From positions 1 through 44,530 of the forward strand of contig ADNK01002348.1 in the NCBI GenBank assembly GCA_000320545.1: a stretch of 44,530 nt of DNA. Direction: 5' to 3'. The stretch is from Bigelowiella natans CCMP2755. Taxonomy: Eukaryota > Protista > Cercozoa. Shown here piece by piece: positions 1 to 15,378 of this stretch (positions within the stretch are counted from its first letter, which is position 1; every line of letters starts with the position of its first letter). The notes beneath the pieces were generated by a model that searched no databases, was not told where the DNA came from, and worked only from the letters and a program-made list of their open reading frames with translations. A program made the position numbers and the translations under genes.

Positions 1-308
1 GAAATGGCTGCGCCGCCTCTGCTCAAACGGAGTTCCCATCGGATATCTATTGAACGGTCAAAATATAACGGCGCGTGAAGAGGAGGGGGGGTGGGGAGGT
101 GATCTCGTTTGGGAGTTCCCAATGGCAATTGGTTTTCGTGAATCCGGCGTTTGGTTTAGACAGGACATGCACATTCCCTGTCGCACACAATAAATGGAAT
201 ATAATTTGTGCATGAATCTAACTTACTTCACCAGTAGGGGAAAAGAAAGGGAACAACGCGACGTCGTGCTGTGCCTCAGAAAGACCATACAAAGGGGACT
301 CACCCCCT

Positions 309-343
<35 letters not shown>

Positions 344-414
344 CCCCTGCTCCATTCCATGCGTGAGCGCACGTATTTTAATGGCGTGTTTCTCAACGCT
401 AAGACTCCAGAACA

Positions 415-455
<41 letters not shown>

Positions 456-973
456 ACTCATTCACTCATACATGCAAACCGCACCTTTTGTCTAGCTTTA
501 AAGTCCGTTTCAAAACGTCGCAAATCCCGAGGGAATATGTATGTTTCCGGATAAAAACCGTAGGTTCGGTGATAAACGTTCTGCATCGTGGGGGAGATAT
601 CGATAAAAAGGGTATGTAAACCAGAAGGTTTAGATTGACACATCGCATGGAATACCTGCATTCGCCGAAGATTACGTGTCAGAGAATCTTTCTTGCAGAT
701 GCCTGACAAATTTTGGTCGGTATCAAACGCAAGAACGCAAAAAAGAACTTTCTATTTCGTGTTCTTCTGTTTTGACATAATTTGATCTTCATTATCCCCT
801 TTTTGACAAAAGAATAAGAATGATGGATTACCAGAGGTCTTCTCGTAGTGGTTTACTCGCTGCAAACGCTTGCAACAAAATTTGTACTTCGTGCCTAAAG
901 ATGGATTTCAGTGTTAGCGATTCACGCCAGGACTGAAGATACAACGTTAATATGACATGATGATGATGATATA

Positions 974-1007
<34 letters not shown>

Positions 1008-1352
1008 ACACTTATATTCTACATTATTAAACTGTGTCTATTGTGGCTTCGGCGCGATGGAGAAATGACGTCACTTCTAGGCAAATATTAGGCGTTACCG
1101 TCGGTGAACGGATATCTCCAGCACAGATTCCACTCGTGCGGGTTATGAGTCCTGGACGCAAATTCGGCCCACCCCCTTTTCACTAACACCTATGATCCAG
1201 AGTAAAGTTAGAAAGTGTAAGACAGCGATTCGACGCTGCTGGGGAAATAGGATCACCTCTCTGAGCGTGTCATAGGCCTCACCCACTGGAGCTTTGAACA
1301 CGAGAGGACTCCCAGGTCCAGCAGTCAGGGATGATGATGGCAACGAAGCCAT
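1..1352 (-). CDS. Tubulin polyglutamylase (TTLL family, TTLL2-like), 5' part; multi-exon, continues past the left window edge
   Basis: Hand-spliced GT-AG exons from ATG at 1352 read MASLPSS...YDTLRE|VLVKRGWAEFASRTHNPHEWNLCWRYPFTDG|TKYKFCCKRLQRVNHYEKTSG|ICKKDSLTRNLRRMQ|NVYHRTYGFYPETYIFPRDLRRFETDF. These match the TTL-domain motifs RGW..., WNLxW, QxVNH, KDxLxRNLxRM and FxPxTxxxP. Exons left of about position 487 are unresolved. Confidence 0.8.
312..458. repeat. Intronic microsatellites (TC)n 312-340 and (AC)n 419-458
   Basis: Read directly from the sequence. Confidence 0.95.
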
Positions 1353-3086
1353 AATTCCTCGCTAGAGTTGAGGTGTTTCAATGGACTAAGCGGACTATAT
1401 CTCTTCAGGGCAGGCCCCCATCTTTCTATTCATCGGCTGAATGAGAACCAAAGCGTTTGTCAAGTCACAGCACACAAGAAGGGAGGGGATATTATAAATT
1501 TGGGAAAGGACGAAAATGATAGCTGTTACGTCCAGAAACTTATTAACAATTTAAACGCGCGTGGTCGTTCTTATTTTCTATGATAGCTCACCTCCACCCA
1601 TAAGATAAAAGGCAGAAATGTGTACATTGTTGTCCCTGTTTTCTTTAACTTTCTCTCTGTCCGCCTTACTCCAGAGAGATGTAGGTCCCCACTACAGTAT
1701 CGCTCGTACTCGTAACTCACGAGAAACTACGGGTAGATTTTAAATCAGACAGATTACATACATTTCTGTACCAAAAATATAGCATTATAAGGTTAAGACT
1801 TGGAACTAAAAATCAAATTTATCATTCTAATGAGCATGTTACACAAGAAACATTGTAAGAATGAATCTTAGAGATGAATTGGATATTGTTTTGGATTTTC
1901 TCCTTGTCTCTCATGTACAACTTCGGGAGAATAGCTGCAGAGTGCTGCCTTGCGATGTGTCATTAGGTCTTACTTTTCGGCCGGCGACTAAAAAGATAGT
2001 TTTAGGCGAAACTTTGACGTGAGTTGCGAAGCCAACCGTTTCATTTGATCAGATTTCGAGATTCTACGAGAGATCTCGAAAAACAGCACTGACTGTGTCG
2101 AATGACTCTAGAAAATGAGAACCTCAAACATGCAGAATTCCAAACTTCATCTGCACTCGGAGCGGAGATATTTCTTTGATTGTCCCGAAGTGGAGTACGA
2201 GCAGGAGAACTGCTAAGTTAATTTGAAGTATTCTGATGTCGTACATAAAATATTATAGTCCTTTATAGTTGATCGTCCTGATAGAATTTTTTTGCATAGG
2301 ATATTATTATCGGAGAAATTCATTAGAAACGGACCCATGTTTGGCCAGATTTGGAACAATTCTTCTGAAAAACTAGTGAGCATGTGAGCGTATCGTCCAT
2401 GGATCATCTTTAGGATTGGTGACTTCTGAATGTGCGACAAATCCAAAATACAATTGAATTTGTGATAAAATATATTATCTGTTGACATTTTCCAGTAAAT
2501 AGGACTTACAAAGCTGTGAACATTAAGAATCGGGGATCTTAATGCGTAAGAAGGAGGACTGTGCACGTGAGAAACCTAACGCTTCAGGAGATTCCTCGGA
2601 CTAGATGTAGAATAATCCTTGACGTACGTCAAAAATTCCATAATTCTAATCGTAATTTACACACTGAAATATTTTCTGAGCAAAAAAATGCAGTTGAAGC
2701 TTTTATATCCTATAAACTAAGCGGGTATGCCTTCCCCCCCTTGCCTTGTCCCTTCCGTTGCAAGCTGTTTCAAAGTCAATAACAAAAGAATTCTTGTTGC
2801 CATTTCCGAACCGATCATCCGAATTGATCCCATAGGGTCGATCCTTCGCAATCGAATTATAACTCATACGATTCGCGTGTCGCGGGTGCTGTTGGTGGAA
2901 GTGGAATTTTTGTTCTTATTTTCCGAATCATGTGCCCATGATTATGAAAAATTGAGAATGCTAAACATCCTTGATCTGCAATATACATCATACTACATAC
3001 TTTCTTAAGCGTGATTGCTTGCACTCATCTAATGACCGGGCCTTATTTTGGGTTTGTGTGTTGATAAAAGGCTTCCGAAGTAGAGA

Positions 3087-4407
3087 ATGCTCCGCCTTGG
3101 CCGCTTATCCTCCCGTGTTCAGAGAGTTCTGAATGTATCTCCTAAGGCTTCACCAGCTAATCTGCAGGTCCGCCGGTGTGGTGTCTTCGCTTCCTTCGAT
3201 TTGACGAATAACGAGGTGGGCACGAGGACCGATGAGGCAATTGTGAGGGACATGTGTAACAAAATTCAACATCGCGGTCCTGATGGAACAGGGGTCTCTA
3301 CAGGCCCGTTCGGACAAGGAGGCCGATGGGCGCTGGGGCATACTCGCCTAGCCATTGTGGCCCCCGAGGAGAAGGCGGCTGACCAGCCTTTCGTCATCCC
3401 TGTTGCGGAGAAAAAGGAAAACCTAGCTTTGGTTGCAAATGGAGAAATCTACAACCACGAGAATCTTTTCCATAGCCTTGTTGACAAGCATGGAATCTCA
3501 AAAGATACCCGTATCTCGCGCTCTGACTGTGAGGTCATCCTGCATGCTTACAAATCGATTGGGCCTGACGCCACCGCAAAGGCACTAGATGGAATGTTCG
3601 CATTTGTGCTTATAGACGAGACAAAAAACACCATTTTCGCCGGTCGTGATCCCTGCGGCATCAAACCGTTGTACTATGCTGTTTCCAGCGATGGTAAGAT
3701 GGTCGGATTCGCTTCCGAGCTCAAAGCTCTCGTAGGACTGCCAAACATCTCCAACATATACGAGTTCCCAAACGGTCACTACTACACACCCGAGACTGGA
3801 TTTGTCCAGTACTATGACCCTAGCTGGAAACGCTTTGCTACTGAAGGCTCTCAAGAGGCAGAAGTTGCTCCGTGGAAGGACGGCAAGGAACCTACCATCA
3901 ATGATCTTCGTGACGCCCTCGACATGGCCGTCAAGAAGCGCCTTATGTCTGATGTAGAGTTCGGAATGTTCCTGTCCGGAGGTATCGACTCCTGCATCGT
4001 TGGTCAGCTCATGATGAAACATTGCCGTGAGATGGGAATCCCCCCTATTCCTTCGTTCACTGTCGGAATGAAGGACGGCCCCGATCTCATGGCTGCCCGT
4101 GCCATGGCGAAGGAGCTTGGAACCGAGCATCATGAGCGCATGTTCACCGCCGAAGAAGCTTTTGAAGTCGTGGACAAGGTCGTGTATCACATTGAGACCT
4201 ACAACGCGGAGCTCATTCGGTCTGCCATCCCCAACTGGTTCTTGGCAGAGGCAGCTTCCCAGAAAGTGAAGATGGTCATTACTGGCGAAGGAGCGGACGA
4301 ACTTTGGGCTGGGTAATAATAACATTATAATAATTATCCCCCCCCCCCAGGCAGAGCGGGAAGGGATAGGGCCTGGTTTAGTAGCGTATGGTATATAAGA
4401 AGTTTTC

Positions 4408-4495
<88 letters not shown>

Positions 4496-5194
4496 GGAAA
4501 GCCTTATGAATTATCCCATGATCTCACTTCTGATTCGTTCCAATTTCCCCTCCATTGCTCTGTTGCTGCATGCAGATACTCATACTTCGAGGATGCAAGC
4601 AGCCCTGAAGCACTGCACCGCGAGCTCGTGCGAATTCATTCTCGCCTTGGAGTTGCAAACCTGCTCCGCACGGACCGCATGACCATGGCGCACAGCTTGG
4701 AGGCGCGCGTGCCATTCCTCGACGTCATCAACATGGAGGCCGTCATGTCGCTGAACCCTTCGGAGAAGATGATCGTCAAGGGGGGCGATGCTCGCCAGCG
4801 TGAGAAAGCCTACCTGCGCAGGATTTTCGAGCCTTCTCACCACGGCATCACCATTCCCGAGCCGATCTTATGGCGAATGAAGGCGATGCAGTGTGAAGGT
4901 GTTGGCGAAAACTGGGTTTCTGTGCTGCAGAGCAGACTCAACGAGAAGGTCTCTGATGCCGCCCTCAAGGAAGCAAAAGATAGATGGCCTTTCGAGACGC
5001 CGCAGACGAAGGAAGAGTACTACTACCGTGAGGTATTCGAAAGCCACTACCCCAACTGCGAACGTGTTCCGAAGACTTGGGAAGGAGGCTTCCGAGCCGG
5101 TGGTGCTGAATGGAAATCTGATGCGTACACAAGAGAGGGGCTGGTCGACCCTTCCAGGCTCACACATTCCCTCCAGTCAAAGTTCGCCTCGTAA
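3087..5194 (+). CDS. asnB: Glutamine-hydrolysing asparagine synthetase B-like amidotransferase with a 30-aa mitochondrial-type presequence; 2 exons (3087-4312, 4576-5194)
   Basis: Ntn-GATase motifs CG..., HRGPD, GHTRLAIV, NGEIYNH, SDCEVI, LDGMFAF and RDPCGIKPLYY; synthetase motifs LSGGIDS, GEGADEL and LEARVPFLD. The intron 4313-4575 (GG|gtaata...tgcag|A) restores GEGADELWAGYSYF. Confidence 0.92.
4409..4494. repeat. Compound (TA)n/(TG)n microsatellite in the asnB intron
   Basis: Read directly from the sequence. Confidence 0.95.
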
Positions 5195-6058
5195 TTAGTA
5201 AATAATCTAGATGATAATGCACCACCACCGAATGCGTCTTAGCTTGAAAATGAAAGATGGTCGTCGGTATCCTGGGAATAAAGTCAATGAGAAGAATTCT
5301 CCCGAGATCGTAGTCTGCTCAGGATGAGAAGAGAAAACTCTTTAACCCCCCCTCCCCCCCCCCCCCCCTCTAGCCCTTCTTATTTGCTAAATATTTAAAA
5401 CCTTCGTTGTCTTGAGCAAGCGTGCAAGATTACTTGCTGGATTGCCCTAGTTGTCAGTTCATGTATGTTCCATATCGTTACTTATATTAAATTTGCTCAA
5501 TACGTTAGTTGATGGTACACCAATGTATCTAGCGTCATTTTGCATTGCTGCGCACACAAACTTCACAATGGCATTCTTCGTATGCCCCGCGATTGTAAGC
5601 ATGCATGAGACGGAGGTAAGACGGATGTAATTAATCAAATTAAATTTGTTCAATGGTCATCCTGCCTTCTAGAGTCCTCATGTAGCTTTGCATATATACA
5701 TAGCTAGATAGGCGACATGTGACATTTTAGCATGTCTTCAACACGAAATATGTACACATATGCTAGTATGGCTAGCTAGCGTACATATTTAGCAGCTGGA
5801 TTGCTTGCCGTGTAGCTTTATATATCATTATTGGCAACCTCTCTAATCTCCTAAAATGCAATACTGCACATACCATACTAGTTTGCGATGTATTTACGTC
5901 GTATGACGAGACGGATGTAATGAGTAAATTAAATTCATTTAATGGTCATCCTAACTAGCTAATGCATGCAGCTGGATGCGGCAGATTATAAGAGGAAATT
6001 TTTCAGCTACACAATACTTAGCTTTATTCTTGTAGAGTTGTTTAGTCTACATCGTCTC

Positions 6059-10221
<4,163 letters not shown>

Positions 10222-11458
10222 CGCTCAGCCCCGCTCGTGTCTTATCTGGTGGCAGTTCTGCGAAGCGGCCCGAAATCAGCGTTATTATTTCAATTTAGGC
10301 AGAAAATTGATGGGAATTTGACTAAGAATTTTTCAAATGATCCCATCTGGACTTCTACACGATGAGTCAGCACCTTGCGAGATCCTCCCATGTGCTGGCT
10401 GAAAGAACGCCGGCATTTCGTTGTCCGTTGACCGTTGTCGCAGGTCCGACACACTCGTGATCGTATTTGCTTTTCATTCAGCGTCACGACTAGGAGCATG
10501 ACGCAGTCATGAATTCGTATGCTTTTCTCCTGAGATAAAGTCCATGAAGCAAAAACACCTGGGAAATATGCTGATAATTTTTGTCGCAGTATCAAAATTC
10601 TGTTGTTTTTCGATATTTTTCGAATTTCGGCTTCACTTCCGTCCTCTCGACCGCTTACGTCGACTCATCCCGTGCCAGATCATCTCACCAATGCATTCAT
10701 TCATTCATTCATTCAATGGGATGTGAGTCAATTCGCTGTTGATAAATACTTGAAAATAATATGTCTACTGCACATGAATGACCCTTTGAATGAGATGCTG
10801 AGGCTCAAGTTTGTGTGGCCATGCTGCTGAACAGTCGTGTGCCTGTCATGCACAGATCATCAGTGCAATCAAGTGCCACACCTAGACACGTCGGACATGC
10901 GTGTGAGAACATCCAAAACGCAAATTTGGCACAACCCAAATCGGACAAAGTACTTGTGATGTGATGAGAGGAAATTTTGCGACGCACGAATGTGCATGCG
11001 TTCCATCAGGCTGCGAGTGCAAGCAAACGTTCATTGTACGTGACGCTCACACGCAGCCATGCAGCGCGCACACTATGCACGTTCGAGCCTTTTGCCTTTC
11101 TCGTCAACGTAGCACATGCTACCTCACAATGATTTTTGCATCAAGGCGCAGTGGGCATTCACACACAACAAATGAAAATTTGAGTCACACATGCACGCAC
11201 GCTCATGCGCAGAGCTAGAGAGTTCAATCCCGCTTCTATGGCTGCACGTGTGTGCGAGCGCGTGCTTTCATAGGATTGCTAGATTGATCGGTATGTACAA
11301 TTAGGAGGTCGGAGAGAAACGCATCGGATAACTTGCTATCTTAGCCTCTATATCTTGTGATTTATTAATTCATTATTTAATGACTGTGCATGCTGTCATT
11401 CTTGTTCAGCTTGTTTCATTCCCAACGCTAACTACTGCAAGAACCTGTTGCATTGTAC

Positions 11459-12419
11459 TCATGTCAATCGAAAGCTTCTTGCAACTTCAAGCAGCTTCTG
11501 CGAATTTCCTGCCCATTCCTGTTTTCAAGCAACATTCCAAAAAAACCACTACTATTAGATGTCATCTCGAATGCGAACATATTCCCAACGCAAATTTGGC
11601 CGACGACATAAAGGTGCGACGATGAAAGCCCACCTTTTCCTGAGCATTACCAATCACCATTATCGCGTGGTATCCTGTTTGTAGAAGATAGAGTGAGACA
11701 AAGATACACATCTGGTCGAGCGTGAAAGAGAGACTCGGGGATGGTGAGAAATGTGTGTGCTTCGCGTTTTATTCTCCGTATTACGGTCTCTGTCAGTAGG
11801 CCCGGGTACTGTCGTTACCACTGCTACATTATGGGGCCCATTTCTGATAGTTAATAGATCAAACATATGAATAAAGAATGAAGAACAGAAAAAACACGCA
11901 GTGAGCTTGATGTTGAGCACTATGCTGCGACTGGAAGAGAGACGCGATTTTCTGTATAGAATCGGTGAGCAAAGGCTACGACGCACAAAATGGTAAACAT
12001 GGCGCTGCTTGAAAATGGGATTCTCGATTTCTCCTCTCATCACACGCGACTGTGTCGACCACTACTCCTACTAATACTACTACTTCAATTACTACAACTA
12101 GGAGAGGGGCTATTACACAGCGCCGGGCGACTCAATGACGTATTCGTAGTACGTCTTTCCTCCTTCATTGACAACCTGGGAACAAAATGGGCATGTTCTA
12201 TCCTAAGATGTCGCTCGATCTTGGAGAGTTAATACTCCCCTTCTCCCTCCCTTGTGCAGGATGATCTTATGGTCGAGAAGGAGCAACACACTCACGTTCT
12301 CCAGCATTATATATTATATCATTCGCATCTCGCATTCAAGAGGGAAATCCTGCTATGCCGCGTTGTTATCATCTCACCCTAGATTGAGTCGGCATATCCT
12401 GTAACGAAACAATAAATCA

Positions 12420-12460
<41 letters not shown>

Positions 12461-12530
12461 TCTACACTGGAAACATTGAAAAGACTAACGAAGAACACAA
12501 GATGCACGAAGATGAAACGCTCACACAGCA

Positions 12531-12563
<33 letters not shown>

Positions 12564-13692
12564 CACATACAAACGCAACCGCTAATATCTTGTGCTGCTA
12601 CCTCTCCATCGTAGTAGTCCCCTAGAATTTTAGATCGCCCACCCCCGAGTAGGTCATGGTGATGATGGACAGCCACGGCGCCGATGCAAAAGGTAGAATA
12701 CAAACGCACAGTAGAATGAGGCGGAAAGGACAGAAGAATGGACGAATGACCAGAAGTGATTATCGATCTTGAGGCAGCGTGCTACCCAGCACAATTAGGC
12801 CTCGTCGAACAATAAAGGGGATGATAAGGTAGTACCAGTGATGAACGGGCCGACTTTCTGAATGAGCTCATCCACATCTCCGATGTCCTGCATGCTAGGT
12901 TTCTAACAACATCATAATCACGACCGGTATGAGAGAAACATTCTTTTTTTTTTTTGGGTCATTTTTGCTTTGCTCTGGAAAGCGAAACAAAGCAAAAGAA
13001 ATCGAAAGCAAAGAGACGAGCCAGCAGCCCTGTCTACTTTACTACTTCTCTCCTCCCCGCGTGTACACTAGCTTGCATCACTGTGACGATGATTCTTATC
13101 AAGGCTCTCTCTGCGAGTGGTTGCAGCTTTTTACCTCCACATTAGTAAGTCGGAAGGTCGGGATCATCATCACCTTTACACACACCGAAATTCAATGCTC
13201 ATCACGATGGCAAATACCACTCTCAAAACCAAGGCCAACATCTGCGGTAGCTGCACAGATGCAAAAACGTCGACCACGAACGTACATCATTTCGATTGCG
13301 AATCTAATCGGTTTAATGGTTAATGGCCTCTCCATCGCTAGTACAAAATGTGCTCGGTATCGCCTTTTTTTTGGTTAACTGTGATATTAGGCTGCATGTA
13401 CTTTCGTCTTCCCCACGCCAGGGCCTTCAAACTTGACCTCGGTCCATGGCTCGTCGCATTTAGGCTGGCAAAAATCACCCTGTGCAGATATTATTCAATT
13501 TCAGCGAATCCATATCATTTCCAAGTTAAAGTATATCTGATAAAGGGAGGGTGGATAATTCGTTCGTCGAATATCATTGTCACCATATTTCTCTTACCCC
13601 TCTCCCCTCCCTTCCCCCGTTGTGAGATGTGTCTATATTACCGTTTGGATTACTCCGACGGTGAGAGCTTTCCAATCAGGAAAAAGGTCCAA

Positions 13693-13734
<42 letters not shown>

Positions 13735-14277
13735 CTTCATATTAATATTCATGTATTCTATCGTCTCTGTTGTGTTACGTGTAGGAGTAAGGCTTTAACA
13801 CTTTGCCACGGATGCCTGATTAATAGGGTTAGAGAATGAAAAGGCTGTATGTGTGTCCATGGGCGTGGATGTGTGCGCGCGCGCGTGTTTTTTTGTAAAT
13901 TCGCCTCTCTCCCCTTTATTTCATTTCCCTCCTCTCGAAACCACGATTAACATACTTGGAGTGCTGTCTTTAGCAGGAGTAAATCGATATTTTCTGTAGA
14001 GGATGCAAGTTTACGAACCAAAATTCTTTTAACAAGGCATAGAATGCTCTGGCGTGCAATATTCAATCTCGATTCAGATAGACCATGACCACAAGAAAAA
14101 GAAATGGTGCAATTTTTTTTTATTTTCTCATCATTTTGGATAACATCTCCATCACCCTTGTACAGGCGACGCTGGAAGGTAGTTACCGACAGGAATTCCA
14201 ATCTGACGAAATTTATAGCAAAATTATTTACTATGATCATGATCGACATATAAATTAATATTTTAATCAATAAAATA

Positions 14278-14317
<40 letters not shown>

Positions 14318-14859
14318 GATACACATTTAACGAGAGAATATTGATGCAACATCACTAGGCTTCTCATTTACCTGCACTCCAGAATCGGCGGCTACGTCTG
14401 CCTTTGCAACGCCAAAATACTTATTGTTGCTGCCGTAGGCCATCATCATGGTGCCAAACAGGCCATTACGCAATGTAGATCGCCTACTAGGCTCCTATGT
14501 GGGAGGAGCAGCACAAGTATAGAATAGTTTCAGCATCCGTTCCAAATGCCCCTTCTCCCCCCCCCCCCCCCCCCCCCCTTCCCACTCCTACATATTGACA
14601 GTACTTCAACTGAAAAGCATCGCGTTCGCTCCCGTTTTGAAACTCCAAGTCTCAGATTTTGAATTGGTGCAGACGCCCTTCTTGCAGAGTAGTGCTGTCT
14701 GCTTACAGGCCCCACCCTCGACTGGCAGAACGGGACTGCAGCAAGGACGACGAGCAGGGATGGTACTGAATAGGTTACTGAAAGCAAAGCGATTGGGCAA
14801 ATTAGCGATACGGGAGAAAGCTATTGTGGAAAGACGTGCGGTGGTGACATACCGGCCAT
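11459..14859 (-). CDS. PPD6: PsbP-domain protein 6-like thylakoid lumen protein with a tripartite targeting leader, 16 exons
   Basis: The mature part reads ...PDWKALTVGVIQTGDFCQPKCDEPWTEVKFEG...PTFRLTNVEKPSMQDIGDVDELIQKVGPFITGDYYDGE...KTYYEYVIESPG...HNVA...EKEWAGNSQKLLEVARSFRLT*. This matches the PPD6 signature (G-x-[YF]-CQPKCxEPWxEVKF, RLTN, GPFxTG) as I recall it from plant PPD6. All junctions are GT-AG and phase-consistent. Confidence 0.9.
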
Positions 14860-15378
14860 CGCTTTGCTTTGGTACATGTACGTGCACTCGACCGACAAGG
14901 GTAGTCAAATCAATCAATCAGGAGGCAGGCGATTTTTTGTGCCGTTTCAGAAAATTATTTTCTTGTCGCAGGGATCATTTCGGAATTAAAAGCTGCCGTT
15001 TTTTTTTATTTAGCTCGTACACATCCTAAATTTCCAAATTCATTGGACTACTGAGGAATAATTCCCGGGCACAGACGGAAGGATGGAATAGTGAACGGAC
15101 ATTTGGAATCTACGACACAGAATTTCACCGGAAATACAGCTTTATGAAATCTAGCTGATTCAGTATTCCAAAAAGTGAGAGAAATTTACCTGCGTAATTA
15201 AAAACGCGCCCCTGATCATTTGATTGTAAATCCGACAAGAAGCCATGATATTTTTGTCTAAAATGGGCTTGTCGCTATGTCTTTGTAGTGTAAACAACCT
15301 ATCTTACTTTATTTAATTTTTCGCTCTGATCAAGCGCTCGAGAGGATAAAACTCTTCACACAATCCAATAGAGACGCC

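Noticed and set aside
194-619. ORFs with SLSLSL, HTHTHT, YIYIYI, CVCVCV or poly-F runs here and elsewhere
   Set aside because: These are translations of intronic microsatellites.
2213-2566. 117-aa AT-rich minus-strand ORF and a nearby imperfect palindrome (about 2055-2082) between TTLL and asnB
   Set aside because: No motifs, splice support or element termini.
3585-4325. Long antisense ORFs over asnB and GT15 (also 15699-16304 and 16575-16976)
   Set aside because: These are shadows of biased codon usage on the coding strand and carry no independent motifs.
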